A DNA stretch of 64,000 bases from Octopus vulgaris (taxonomy: Eukaryota): positions 67,766,001-67,830,000 of the forward strand of contig OX597818.1 in the NCBI GenBank assembly GCA_951406725.2, read 5' to 3'. The translations under genes and the position numbers were made by a program. Under the pieces are notes generated by a model. It was not told the origin of the DNA and searched no databases. It saw only the letters and a list, made by a program, of their open reading frames with translations. Positions 12,651 through 27,042 of this stretch are shown here, piece by piece (position 1 is the stretch's first letter; the number at the start of each line of letters is the position of its first letter).

Positions 12651-12691
<41 letters not shown>

Positions 12692-12726
12692 TGTATGTAT
12701 GTAGGTATGTATATGTAGTTATATGC

Positions 12727-12774
<48 letters not shown>

Positions 12775-12954
12775 CAAAATTAAGGATAGAGTCAGTTTCA
12801 TGATTCTATCAAGTTGCCAGCGTGAGGTAAAACAAAACTTACAGGTAGCAATTTATACTCATTTAAAATCACATAATATAATTATATCAAAGGTGTGAAT
12901 CTGAGAGATTCACACACATACACACATACGCACACACCTACATATATCTTTTTA

Positions 12955-13159
12955 TTATTTTCCTTGCTTGAGTCATTTGACTGCGGTTATTGTGGAGTAC
13001 CGCCTTAAAGACATTTTTAGTCGATGAAATTGACCCCAGGACTTCTTCTTTGTAAGCCGAGTACTTATTATATCGGTCTCTTTTACCGTACCGCTCAGAT
13101 ACGTGGACGTAAACAAACCAACACAAACACACGCGCACGTCCACACACACACACACCCA

Positions 13160-13219
<60 letters not shown>

Positions 13220-13382
13220 AACGACGTACTTCTTTCCGTTTCCGTTTGCCAAATCCACTCACTAATATTTGGCCGGCCTCAGGCTATAGAAGCCACTTGT
13301 CCATGGTGCCACACAGTCGAACTGAACCCTGAACTATGTGGTTTTGAAGCAACCTTATTGCAACACAGCCACACCTGGGCCT
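12955..13382 (-). mobile_element. tRNA-derived CORE-type SINE (family 1), diverged full-length copy
   Basis: Collinear with 53101-53495, including the internal (CA)/(TA) tract. Confidence 0.85.
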
Positions 13383-14003
13383 CTATTTATAATACATTAT
13401 TTTCATTTTTTTTTCTACTAGTTTCCGCTCAAGATATTCAATCCTATTGGAACACCACCTTTGATTAATTATGTTTTGTACATTTTACGTTCTTTTCCCC
13501 TGCAGGTGTATGCAACTGTTTCTGTAACATTGCGATTTATTTTTATTTAAGTTCAGCAACTGAATTGGATAAAGTTGTAAAAATTATATTATTTTTTTAG
13601 CTATTCGCTTCTTGATTTCTAATCCAGAAATCCCAAAGGCAGCAAAACACTTGTGCTGTAAAATATTTATAATTGAAAGCCCTAAGCGTAGTTTAATGGA
13701 CTTTGATGCATGTTACTCTAGATAGTCTATACAAAAGAGAAGATGTTGAAATTTCTGACATTTGGTGTAAGAACGTTCAGTGTTGGGCTTACGAATACCA
13801 AAAACCTTCTCACAAACATTGTAATAGTGTCTCAATAGAGCGTTTATTCTGTTACTGGAATATGTGACGTCTCTATACCTTGCCTTAGATCATATACACG
13901 CACGTGTACGCACTCAAGCATACTAATCTTATAGACAAACGCACACGTAAATATATATACATACATGTATATACATACATACATACATATATATATATAT
14001 ATA

Positions 14004-14493
14004 CTAGCAGTATCACCCGGCGTTGCTCGGGTTTGTAAGGGAAATAACTATATAAGCATTTTTAGAGAGTTACTTCCCTTATAAATTCGGGCTTTCTTAG
14101 CCATTTTTGTTTTGGTGTCTTCAAGCCATGAAGTCGTTGTTCTAAAAGAACGCTGGTTTCCTTCACAACGCATTACGACGTTGATTTCTTTACACTCCCT
14201 TCCCCACAGCTTCACGAGGGAGGGAAGGGGGAGAAGCAAACAGGTGCAGCTGTGAGCGTGGACGCCAACTCCGCCGCCATCGACACACGATGCATTTTAT
14301 GCATTAAAATGGAATAAAAAATGATGTTAAATTATTTTTAAAATCGTAGACTCATCGTTGACGCGCGCTAATAGTCAGACGGGCTCGATTTGAATCACGA
14401 CTATAAGATACCCGAATTTGGTTAAACTGCACCGCAAAATGTGGGAGGAGTTAGGAATCTAAATCGAAGGGGACAGACACTCACACAACTAGA

Positions 14494-14505
<12 letters not shown>
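14004..14505 (-). mobile_element. Non-autonomous Helitron
   Basis: Minus-strand 3' end has GC-rich hairpin CCCGAGCAACGCCGGG, 8 nt, then CTAG followed by T; 5' end TATATAAAA...GTGTGAGTGTCTGT merges into (TA)n. Confidence 0.75.
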
Positions 14506-14564
<59 letters not shown>

Positions 14565-14569
<5 letters not shown>

Positions 14570-14771
14570 TAATCCAAACATGAAAACACAAAGAGAAAAC
14601 ACAACAACGCGAGGACGTGGAACAAATATAGTATTATTGGACGCTCAGGAAGGAAGGAAAGAAGGAGGGTTTTACGTTTCGAGCGGAGCTCTTCGTCAGA
14701 ACATAGGAAAAGGAAAGATCCAGAGAAGAGAAGACGGAGGGAAAAATATCGCCAACGGTACACAGGCGGTC
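14565..14771 (-). mobile_element. ~205-bp hammerhead-bearing non-coding element (HHR mini-element), ends in (TA)n
   Basis: HHR at 14669-14702 (minus): gtt-CTGACGA-a-gagc-tcc-gctc-GAAA-cg-TA-aaac; near-identical copy at 39895-40103. Confidence 0.8.
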
Positions 14772-15188
14772 TACACCGACGGGATGTGGTTAACCATAGT
14801 ATCAGTTCCTTTATGTTTCTCAAACAGTTCACCTACAGGATACCAGACACATATTTCTCCTACTTAAAAAAGGGTTAGTTTTGGTAGCTAAATGATATAA
14901 ACACGCAAAATTATAAGATAATAACGAATGAAAAACATTTATTTATTTATAGATTTCCTATAGGATGGCTGACAAGGAGGAAGGAAGTATATTTATTTGC
15001 AATTTCCTCTCAAGCAACACAACTGCAGGCTGTGCTACAGCCATGTTCGATGAAGGCCAAACTGGCATTGTATTCAAGATATAAAGCTATAGTATTCAAT
15101 TAATACATGGAAATCTCAGCATATAGTGTATACACACAAGCATATACGCACACACACACACACACACCTATATATATGCATACATTAA

Positions 15189-15290
15189 GGTGGTGCGCTG
15201 GCAGAAACGTTAGCACGCTGGGCGAAATGCGTAGTCGTATTTCATCTGCCGCAACATTCTGAGTTCAAATTCCGCCGAGGTCGACTTTGC
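15189..15290 (+). mobile_element. 5' half of family-2 SINE
   Basis: GGTGGTGCGCTGGCAGAAACGTTAGC...GAGTTCAAATTCCGCCGAGGTCGACTTTGC. Confidence 0.85.
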
Positions 15291-17916
15291 AGATGAGATT
15301 CGAGGCCAAGTTTCACAGGAATACAACACGGATGGTAAGACAAATGATTTGTAAAGAGCCAGATTTGTATTCTTATTTATATGTCGCTGGAACCAAATGC
15401 GTGGCTCCAAGCCACCAAATGCTTTTGCTACCCTTTGAATTTACAGCTGTATTTGTGTATCAAGATTTCCATCATCTTGAACAGATCTTCCAAGGTAGAC
15501 GAATGAATCGACAACCTCAGGAAATATTCCCTTTAACAAAACTTTTTGTGGGATTACAAACAGTGCCACACGCAGATTGATGCATTACAACTGGGTTTTT
15601 TTCAAGTTGATAGTCAAGCGAAAATCATCACAAGCTGAGTCAAATGCAGATACAAGAATTGCAGACCTGTTTCAGAATGACTGACAAGATCTCAATCTTC
15701 AGAGTACAAAAGTTCCCTAATGAGGGAAGTAAAAACCTTCGTTTTGAATTTCAGTCTGGTCAGATTTAAAAAAATCCCAGTTGTTCGATATTTTATGTAA
15801 ATACCCTCCTCGGAGTTTTGAAAAGCATGTGACAACACAACAGCAACGTATATCGCAAAGAGTGGGTGTGCATCAAAGTCTCGTTGCTTTACTTCATTTT
15901 CCACGCAACAGATTCAGAGAGCCTACCACCAAAATTAACTCTAGCTTTTATATCTTCATGCAATGCCCTGATCATGTTTATAAATTTTTCTGGGCAACCT
16001 ATTTTCTTTAGTATTAGCCAGTGAGCATTTCGATTAACAGTATTGAATGCTTTGCTCAAATCAACAAAGAAATAGCATAGAGCAAGATTCTATTCAATGC
16101 ACTTTTCTTGTAATTGTCTGACAGTAAAGATAAAATCAGTTGAGCCCCTGGAGGAACGAAAATCACACTGAGACTCAGACAGCATATTTCGAACTATGAA
16201 GGTATTTAAACGTTCTAACAAAATGCGGGCATGTACCTTTCCAACTACAGACAAAAGCGAAATCCCACGAAAATTACTACACCGATCCTTTGGCCCCGAT
16301 TTATACAAGGAGACTAAAATGGCATCAATCCAGCCTTCAGACACTTTCTCAGTTCTCCAACTGTAACAAATTGATATATTTAAGAGTTCAAACATTTTGT
16401 CACCCCCATATTTCAAAACTTCTGCACAGATTCCATCAGACCCTGGAGACTTATTGTTATTCAGCTTATACACAGCTAAATGAAAGTCATTTAGAGTTGG
16501 TTCAAATCCTATCTCTTCTATAACTGGAAGGTATTCTATTTCTTTCTATCGTCCTTATACCAACGGATGATGGTTTATTTAAAAGTGCAGAAAAACGTAC
16601 TACCCAACGCTTATGAATAGAAGCGGTGTCAGTCAGAAGAAAACGTCTAGTTCCTGTTTTCACTGGAGTTATTGAAGACGTTTTGGGCCATAAACCTCCT
16701 AAACATAAGAGTAAAAATCCTTGGTATCACTTCTATCAACTACTTCTTGTGCCCCTTTTTCTCTATCATCCCAGCATTCCTGGTTAATTAAACTTAGAAC
16801 AATCGCACTCTTCTTTTCAGCTTTCTGTAAGTTTCGTTTGAGTTGGGGGTTCAAGGACTGAGAAAGAAGTGTATTGCCTAAGTTTTGTTTTTCTAAAAGT
16901 AGATCATAAATTTCTGCTGATCTTTCTGAGAAGCAGTCACTGGACTTATGTGAGTGAAATCTCGCTGACAAAATTGCAGCCTGAATTACTTTTGTTTTGG
17001 AATCTTCCCATAGATTGTTTGGGTCAAGATTGTTACTTTCTATAGTATCGTGGAATCTTTGCAAGTTGCTTCATAATTTAAAGTTTGCAACATTTAACTT
17101 TTGGGTACCTTAGGATCAGACTGTCGATTTGTAGGCATTATCAAAAAATTTATTTTTCCACGCACTAGATGATGGACAGTCTAGCTCTCTGCCCCTCTCA
17201 TGGCCCGAACGCTAGAAATATCTTTCATATCACGTTTTCTGATCAGAATATAATCTATGCGATGCCAGCGCTTAGATCTTGGGTGCATCCAGGTGGTTTT
17301 ATATTTATTTTTCTGCTGAGACAGAGTGTTGGTGACAACCATATTATTCTCAGTACAAAACATCAAAAGAGCTATTCCATTTTTATTGCATTTTCCAATC
17401 CCATGTCGACCTAAAACACGCAATGAAACATAGTATTTTCCAACTCTTGCATTGACATCACCCAATATGACCAGCTTGTCAGAAATTGTTACTTACCTCA
17501 ATAATCTTACAAGATCGTCATAAAACTGTCCTGCAGTTTCATCAGAATGGGACATTGTTGGTGCATAAATACTGACAATGGTAAGAAAACTACCTTTTAT
17601 CATTTTAATACGGCATGACATGATGCGTTCAGATATACCAATTGAAAGCTCTGCAATGGGGGATACTAATGTATTCCTGAGAGCAAACCCAACACCGGAT
17701 TCTCTACACTGACCCTTCGGTAGGCCTCTCCAGAAGACTGTATGTCCATAAGTAGATTCATTTACTTCACTCTCACCAGAGAGACAAGTTTCAGAGTGTA
17801 CAACTATACCAAGGGAATATTTCTTAGGCTTACATGCAATAAGTGCAGTACACCTTTCTGGCTTCGTGTTGAAATTATCAAGACGTGTGCGCACATTCCA
17901 ACAACCGAATTTCAAA

Positions 17917-17963
<47 letters not shown>

Positions 17964-18010
17964 AACCATATAAAGGCCCATTTTTATTCTGTCGTGCAAG
18001 CGAACCAATG
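15291..18010 (-). mobile_element. RTE-clade LINE, decayed, APE endonuclease + RT
   Basis: APE motifs GCWNVRT, SET, SIYAPT, GDVNARVG, HPRSKRWHRIDY; RT motifs KSPGSDGI, NFRGISLLSVVGK, ESQCDFR, LLYSED, YKSFVLPSVLYSCETW, spread over several broken ORFs; interrupted by (TA)n at ~17920-17960. Confidence 0.92.
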
Positions 18011-18130
18011 TAAACGTCTTTATGTATATTATGCGACTCTGTGTGCATGCTGGTATGTATTTATGTGTATATGCAGAGAGAGGGAGAGAGAAAGAGAAAG
18101 AGTTAGATAGATAGAGAGATTGATAGATAT

Positions 18131-18204
<74 letters not shown>

Positions 18205-18789
18205 GGATTGATGGATGGATAGATATGCATTGATTAACGTCCTTCGTTAAACGACGACAATTTAGTTGTTTGACAAACAAAGTTACTTCCTCCAAAACTG
18301 AAGTCAAAATAGCTGAGCTTTCAACAAACTCGTAATTCCCAGTTAGAAAAAAGAGCAGCAATGTTTTAAGTAACAGCTACACTTAATCAGAGGGGGAAAT
18401 TAAGTTTTCAGAAATACCAACAGTAGAAATACGCAAGTTATTTTGATGACACCCCGTGAGACAGAATATTTTCACGGATTCAAATTATTTCTCTGCTTCT
18501 CATTACTCTCCAGTCGTTTATTTTCAATTGCTCTCACTATTCTTTTTAAACTTATCCTTCATTAATACAGTGACTGTCACCTAAGTTTACAGCGAGCATT
18601 TCGACCGCAAATATCTCACCGTATCCATCATTATCACCGTCATCGCCATCTTCATTCTCTTCTTTGTCGTCGTCGTCGATGTCGTCGTCAATTGCCTCGT
18701 TCTCGTCACACATCAATAAATGACGCTTTTTGAATTATATATTCATCGACAACTTCAAATGATTTAGATGAGTGTTTAAATGCTAAAGA

Positions 18790-18918
18790 CACAAACACAC
18801 AGACGCACACACGCACATACACGCACACATGCACGCACACACACACATTCACACGAACAATGGGAGAAGCAAATATATACACATGTATACACAAACACAT
18901 ATATAGGTACACAAATCT

Positions 18919-18955
<37 letters not shown>

Positions 18956-19068
18956 CATAGATATACACACACATATATATGCATATATACATATATACAT
19001 ATACATGTATATATATACATATATATATTTACCTATGCATATATATAAATATACATATATATATATAC

Positions 19069-19156
<88 letters not shown>

Positions 19157-19948
19157 TTGCGTGTATATGTTTGTGCTTACATGTGTACATGTATGTATAT
19201 GTGTGTGTATATGTGTGTGTGTGTCTGTGTATATGCGTGTGTATATATATATATGTGTCAGTGTGTATATACATACTCAAATACACGTATATATATTTAT
19301 GCCAGCACGTACATGCGAGTGCTTGTGCTCACGTAGGTGTTATCCTTTGTAATGCTTCGATATTTTCCTCTACACCAGTTCGTACATCATAAAACATCTT
19401 ACACCAACGAGACTTACAAGAAAATTATTAAAGAACAATTCAAATAGCAATAAAGAAATAAATAACGAAAGAAGTAAATTTACCAAAAGAATCACCTATA
19501 GACAAATTGCTTTATGATTTTAATCTCGGGATTGTTAACAAGTTTCGTTGTTTCCAATTCTTTTGAAATACAAACACTTTTGTTGCCTTTTGTTCAGAGT
19601 TTTCATATATCGATTCCGTTTCTGACACAAACAAAAAAAAATCTTACATATATCTAGATACACACACCCACAAACACAAACACATACGCGCGCACACACA
19701 CATGTGCTCACATACACATACATCTGTTTATGTATAAATATATATATATATATAAATGGTTGTGTGTAAATATACACATATGTGGGCATATGAATGTATG
19801 TGCATGTAATGAGTGCGTGTATGTATATATCTATCTATCTATATATATATATATATATGCATATATATATGTATATATATAGACATATATATATGTATGT
19901 GTATGTATATATATATATATATATATGTATGTGTATATAGATCTATAT

Positions 19949-20012
<64 letters not shown>

Positions 20013-20295
20013 TCACGCATAAACAACGAGAAATCTACTACTTAACAGAAACATGGAGAGGAACAATAACAAGATGATCTGCAAAAACAACAACATCAAC
20101 AACATCAACATGTTACCTTCCATAAATTTGAAACAAAATTTATCGAAATAACAGTTTCAAAAAAAAGAAAAATAACGAACAAAATCGGAAAAGAATTCTC
20201 ACTGAAAAACAAGAAAACTGCAACAGTTGTTCCCATGTATTTCTCCTCGTTTGTTATCATAATCATCATCATCATCATCATCATCGTCGTCGTTG

Positions 20296-20327
<32 letters not shown>

Positions 20328-20462
20328 TTCATCATTATTCTCATCGTTATGATTATACCTATTATTGATGTACTTATTGTTATTTGTATTTATATCATTA
20401 TACTCGTAAATGTTCTACTATATATATATATAAAGGTATATGTGTGTGTGTGTTTGTGCATG

Positions 20463-20515
<53 letters not shown>

Positions 20516-20677
20516 GTATATACAGGTATGTGCATACCTCGAGAGAAATAGAGAGACATACCTACCTACATACATACATACATATGTATGTACATTCATA
20601 TGCACTCCTACACAGACGAATGTACGCATCGGGGTATATATAAAATATATCTGCATATAGATACAAACACACATATA

Positions 20678-20766
<89 letters not shown>

Positions 20767-20900
20767 ATATACATATACATTTGTGTGTATGTGTGTATTT
20801 ATATAAATATATATAGAGAGAGAGAGTGAGAGAGATGAGTGAAAGAGAGAGAAAGAAAGAGAGAGAGAGATACATACATATATATATATATTTGAGTGTG
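18790..20900. repeat. Large compound (CA)/(TA)/(TG)/(CAT) microsatellite field
   Basis: Directly visible; source of the YIYI/HTHT ORFs. Confidence 0.9.
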
Positions 20901-21339
20901 TGTGTGCATATAATGCGTATATATGTATGTATGTGGATGCATATTTAGAATGGGTTTCGCAGAACAGGAACCCGAACCAGTTACCCGTAGACTAACAAGA
21001 TATTGATTCAGGTGAAAGCAGCCAGTTCATCCTCTAGTTAGAGGCAGCAGCCGTATGGTTTTTCTGGAGAGAATCGTATATCAGGAATAATTGCCTCTTT
21101 TGATGCCTATTGAATATATTAATGGTTTGAAAAAGTGGCGGAGAAATCGCGTTGAGATATTGCAGCATGATATGAAATTATCTAATTAGACTGGGTCATA
21201 ACATCGGTTGTTGTTGCTCTTTTTAATCTTAGCAATCGCGTTTAGATTTGTGCATCTTGTTTCGTTTTGCTTTGTTTTGTTTCACTTCCGATGTTCATGT
21301 GCTTACCACCATGTCTGTTGGTGCTGCTACTGCACATCG

Positions 21340-21541
21340 TCATGACGATGGTGACGATGATGATGATGATGTTGATGATGATGATGGTGATGATGATGGT
21401 GGTGATGATGATGATGATGATGTTGATGATCATGATGATGATGATGATGATGATGTTGATGATCAGGATTGATGATGATGTTGATGATGATGATGTTGAT
21501 GATGATGATGTTGATGATGATGATGTTGATGATGATGATGG

Positions 21542-21609
<68 letters not shown>

Positions 21610-21641
21610 GTGATGATGATGGTGGTGATGATGGTGATGGC

Positions 21642-21684
<43 letters not shown>

Positions 21685-21706
21685 TTGATGATCATGATTG
21701 ATGATG

Positions 21707-21738
<32 letters not shown>

Positions 21739-21759
21739 GATGATGATGATGGTGATGGC

Positions 21760-21799
<40 letters not shown>

Positions 21800-22430
21800 G
21801 TGGTGATGATGATGATGATGATGATGGTGGTGATGGTGATGATGATGATGCTGATGATGATGATGATGATGACGACAGTGATGATGATGATGATGATGAT
21901 GATGTTGATGATGATGATGAAGATGCTGGTGATGAGGATGATGGTGATGAGGATGATGATGATGATGATGATGATGTTGATGAGGATGATTATGATGATG
22001 TAGAGAAGAAGGTGAAGGGTGACGATGATGACCACGACCACAACGTTGATGTTGATGATGACGACGACGATGATGATGATGGCGATGACAGTGATGATGA
22101 TGATGATGATGATTTTGTGGTGGTAGTGGTGGTGCTGGTGGTGCTGGTGGTCGTTGTGGTGGTGGTCGTGGTGGTGATGCCGATACGAACGCGGTTCCTA
22201 ATACAAGTGCAATACTGCAAGAATTATTCCTCTGGTGCTACTATTCATAGAAATACTAATATTCCTAATTCTTTATGTTTACCATTACCACCATCACCAC
22301 CACCACCACCACTACCACCACCACCACCACCACCACCACCACCTCCGCCATTATAATCATCATCGTCATCATCATCACTACCTTCATCACCATTACCATC
22401 GCCTGCACTACCACCACCACAAATATCACC
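21340..22430. repeat. ~780-bp degenerate (GAT)n array followed by (GGT)n and (CAC)n tracts
   Basis: Directly visible. Confidence 0.95.
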
Positions 22431-22655
22431 GCCAATCGTTTTAGTAACTTCCAACCCAGCTTTATAATCCTTATTAACGTTATTATTAATATTACTGTTA
22501 GTGTAGTTTTATCAATAAGGCAGTATTTGTTTCAAAAAAGGTTGGTTATTCAATAAAGTCTTGTCATTTTGGCTGCCATACATCACTGATGGCAATATAT
22601 TATATATATATGTAATGATCGTGTGTTCCTAGAGGTGTGTATATATGCGTATGTA

Positions 22656-22727
<72 letters not shown>

Positions 22728-22953
22728 CTACATATGCATACACGTACACACTCAAATGCCTATATACATATATATATATATATATATACATACATACACA
22801 CACATATATATATTAACATTCATGAATATGCTTGTATATATATATAAAATTATGTACTTATATATGTATATATATATACATAATATATTTGTATATATAT
22901 ATAGTTATATATACATATATGTTACACATATATTACACACATATATACACGCA

Positions 22954-22991
<38 letters not shown>

Positions 22992-23347
22992 TTTGTACAT
23001 ACGTACGTATATACATGTGTGTATGCTCGTGTGTGTTTATGTACGTATATATAAAATGGAAGCAAAGAAGAAGAAGAAGGGAAAAAGAAAGCACATGAAA
23101 TTCTAATAAAGAAACTCTAACAACTGAAGCGGTTGTCTACAGAGCTCTATTAGAAGTTTGTGATTGATTAGGTATGGGTTGGTTACTGGAGTTTTATGGC
23201 CAAACTTCTGATCGATGCTTATTGATATATGAAATTATGTCACAGCCACAACAGGAACGCAAACTTAGAACTGAAGAGATTCTGGCAGAGTTAGAAGAAT
23301 GTCCGAAGAATAATAACAAGATTGGAAAGTGTGGTATGTTGTCTTAC

Positions 23348-23727
23348 TCTTCTTCTTCTTCTTCTTCTTCTTCTTCTTCTTCTTCTTCTTCTTCTTCTTC
23401 TTCTTCTTCTCCTTCTTCTTCTTCTCCTTCTTCTTCTTCTTCTCCTTCTTCTTATTCTCCTTCTTCTTCTCCTCCTCCTCCTCCTCCTCCTCCTTATTCT
23501 TCTTCTTCTTCTTCTTCTTCTTCTTCTTCTTCTCCTTCTTCTTCTTCTTCTTCTTCTTCTTCTTCTTCTTCTTTTCCTTCTTTTTCCTTCTTCTTCTTCT
23601 TCTTTTTCTTCTTCTTCTTCTTCTTTTTCTTCTTCTTCTTCTTCTTCATCATTTTTCTAGTTTTTCTTGTTCATGTTCTTCATCAGCTTTTTCATATTTT
23701 CATGTTCTTCGTCGTCATCATCACCAC

Positions 23728-23764
<37 letters not shown>

Positions 23765-23980
23765 GTCATCATCATCATCATCACCATCATTATTGATATT
23801 ATTGATATTATTATTATTATTGGTATTATTATTATCTTCGTTTTCTTCTACTTCTGTTGCTGCTGTTGTTTTTGTTGTTGTTGGTGGTGGTGGTGTGGAT
23901 GTTGATGATGATGATGATGGTGATGACGACGATGATGAGGATGCAGACAACGACCTCGATGATAATGACGATGATAATGA
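23348..23980. repeat. (TTC)n, (CAT)n, (TAT)n, (GTT)n, (GAT)n compound trinucleotide tract
   Basis: Directly visible. Confidence 0.95.
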
Positions 23981-25629
23981 TGTTGAAAAGGAGAAAGAAG
24001 AGAAAGTGAAGGAGTATAGCGTCTATGACGTTTATGTGGATGAAGTCGGTGATGGAGATGGGGGCTTTGGTGGTGGAGGAGGAGGGCGTTGCAATAGTGG
24101 TAGAGTATTTGACAAGAAAATGACAAACACGAGCTACAAACCAAAGCAACAAGATATGACAAAATCGTCATTTTTCTTTAAATACTGGCCCCGATGACGC
24201 TAATGTCCGGAAGAGAGTATCTTGTCAAACGGGGAGAAGAATTACGAGGAAGATCTTGGTCTGGCTGCGTAAGAATGCTTCATCAAAAATGGTAGAAATA
24301 CCGCGCATTGAAATCACCATCTTGATAAACTTCGACAAACATCAAAAAGGAAGCAAAGGTGCTTCTTATTAACTGCGACATATGTGACCGTATGTTTATT
24401 CGGTATAGAAAGTGTTGAAAGAGAAATTAATCTTGGAATATGCAAATGCACGAATTATACATCTTTTATCTATCGTCCATCGCATTGTTTACATGGACGA
24501 ATTCGTATTTAAAACTTACGGTGCTGGCTCTGAATTCTATAGAAAAATCTATAGTTTATCACTTAAGTATGTTATACTATAATGTTAGTTTATTTTATAT
24601 GCATTGCTTGAAGAATTATTACCTATAACTGTATTCAAGAGAATGTTTTCTAAGAATCTCAACTATTTATATCTGATACTCTAATCTGTTCGCCGTAAGT
24701 CCATAAGTTTATGGTGATTCATCTCTCGACAAGTTCACCTGTTAAATCCGTGTCAAAGGTAGATAAACGTTAGTAGCATCACAGGTAAAACCGTTTCCGA
24801 CTAATCAAATATTACCGTAAAGTTTCGCAACGTCCGGTTTTAGTTCAGAGCTATATATTCTCATTGAAATTGTCTAGTTTATCGTTAAAATCAATATTAG
24901 TTACTGTTGGTCTCATAATTGTTTTTATCACTTCGTTCATTAACCCTCTTTACAACAATTTCTCAGTTACATTAACAAATTTGCTGTAGAAGCATAGACA
25001 TGACAATGTAGTAAGTAGCGGATTGTATAATGACAGCCCTTGAATACAAAACCCGTTATACCAGAAATCTATTTTAAAGATGCAGCACGAAGTTTTGTCA
25101 GGGAACAGTTCGCGGTCTCAAAGCGACGAAAATATTTTGACAAATAAAATTTAAATGTTAAAGTGAATCTAATGGTTTTTCCGTGTTTCTTAAATGGCTT
25201 ATAAACACCTTCAACGCTGTAAATATTTTCGTTCCGGCACACGATCTCAGATCAGGTCACTTGCTATGCACGTATATCTCTGTAATATTTTAAAGATGTA
25301 TCACAAATTTTACAACATGTCTAATATCTTAGAAGTATATATTTCTAGAGGAGAATGTGGGAGAGAACTACTGAGTGCAGCTGAAACGGCAGGCATTTGT
25401 GCTGGCAAACTAAATTCCAGATTCACAAGAGTAACTGCTACATGCTCTGATGGATTAAACTCTCAAAATCCGACTAATTAATTAGATCCATAGCAAGAAA
25501 TTGAATTAAATTACAAATGTCGAAAATCAAAATGCGAGGCACCGGCAAAAATCTTTATCGGTGGCAGAAGCAAATAAAGGTTTTCTGATGGCAGAGTAAG
25601 TTGCTATGAAGACCAACCAGTAAAGAAGT

Positions 25630-26085
25630 AGACTGACAGAAAGTCTCAAATTAATTCAGATAGCTTTGGATTGGTGAATTTCTGGATTACTTTTAAAAGC
25701 CTTCCTTCATCAGCAAAGCTTACTGAGTGAAATAAAGGAAACATTTATACGTAAGTGCAGAAAAGCAAATGATAATATTTTTAACGATTTTCTCCTTTGT
25801 TATATTTGAATATTTTTCCATTCACTTCGGGACAGCGTTGCCACTTCCGTACTACTTTGTCTAAATACACACTTTTTGAGGTGGAACACAAAATTTGATG
25901 CGTATATACTTGTTGTATTTGTATGTAATCGCTGCAGCTTTGCTTATGATTTTCTGTGGGTGTGCATAAATGTCTCGCTTATTTCACTCAGTATGCTTTG
26001 CTGATGAAGGAAGTATTATCAAACTAATCCAGAAATTAATCAATCTAAAACTGAGTTATTCTATGAATTGAATTTCTGTCAGTCT
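25630..26085. mobile_element. Old fold-back PLE-type relic with an HHR in each arm
   Basis: Imperfect inverted repeat ~25630-25765 vs ~25950-26085; both arms carry GCTTTG-CTGATGA-AGGAAG...ATCCA-GAAA. Confidence 0.7.
25662..25720 (-). ncRNA. Type I hammerhead ribozyme, complete fold
   Basis: agctttg-CTGATGA-a.gga...tcc.a-GAAA-tt-cacc-aa-TC-caaagct; 7-bp stem I, AUC cleavage triplet. Confidence 0.75.
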
Positions 26086-26328
26086 CCGTCCTCGCTTTCA
26101 ACATGAGTGTATTATAAAGTGATGATTTCGAGTCATTGGAGGATTTAGCGTCTATTTTCAGCATAGGCATGGTCTCTTTTATGCAGCTAACTATAATTGT
26201 ATTTTACACTATAATATCTCTCTATATATAAGTTTCCCTTAATAGGTCTATTTTATATGCTGAACACTGGTAAAATCTTTAACGATATTATCCTTTATCA
26301 TATTCGAATATATGTGGCTGTGTGGAGG

Positions 26329-26490
26329 GGCATGAGTGGCTGTGCGCTAAGTAGCTTGCTTACCAAACACATAGTTCTGGATTCACGCCCACTGCGTGGC
26401 ACCTTGGGCAAGTGTCTACTGCTATGACCTCGGGCCGACTCAAGTTTTGTGAGTGAATTTGGTACAGGGAAACAGAAAAAGCCTGTCGTA
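26329..26490 (+). mobile_element. 5' half of family-1 CORE-type SINE
   Basis: GAGTGGCTGTG...CCCACTGCGTGGCACCTTGGGCAAGTGTCT. Confidence 0.85.
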
Positions 26491-26496
26491 TATATA

Positions 26497-26553
<57 letters not shown>

Positions 26554-26564
26554 GTATATGTATC

Positions 26565-27042
26565 ACTTGACATCCTGCAACCCACGTGGAACAAACTCCC
26601 ATCGTAACTGTTGAGGAACTAGCAGAGAAACTTGGATTAGGTCTTTCAACATTCACACACACCTGCTTGCCATCGGAAAGTGCAATCTTTGGTTTCAAGA
26701 AGAAAGGTGTTTTCCATCAAAATAATGCTCGGCCACATATAGCGAGGATGACATTACAAGGACTGGAGCAGTTGGAACTATACCCCACCCACCATATTCG
26801 CCGGATTATCATACATTAGTTTTCAAAATCAATATGTATTCTGTAGACAAGGTCAGAACAGTAGTGGAGGAGTATTTTTCGGACAAGTGCATTTTGGAAG
26901 AGGGGCCTAGCAAGACTACCAAGTAGTTGGAAGGGCATTGTAGAAAATGAAGGAAAGTATATTTTAGGTAAAAAAATCACTTTATCTTGATTTTAAAAAT
27001 CAAAAGTATAAAAAAACCGCCTTATTTTTGGGGTGACCCATG
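26565..27042 (+). mobile_element. Internally deleted mariner
   Basis: TVEELAEKLG (HTH), HQNNARPH (HDNARPH), PPYSPD-like remnant, C-terminal W...VENEGKYI, TIR-like end. Confidence 0.75.

Noticed and set aside
23174-23340. MSQ...LRTEEILAELEE as a piggyBac N-terminus or host exon
   Set aside because: Too short, runs into a microsatellite, and no TIR or catalytic motifs were seen.
18700-24200. Long ORFs of poly-D/M/H/S/I/F and YIYI repeats
   Set aside because: Stop-free translations of microsatellites; no evidence of coding function.
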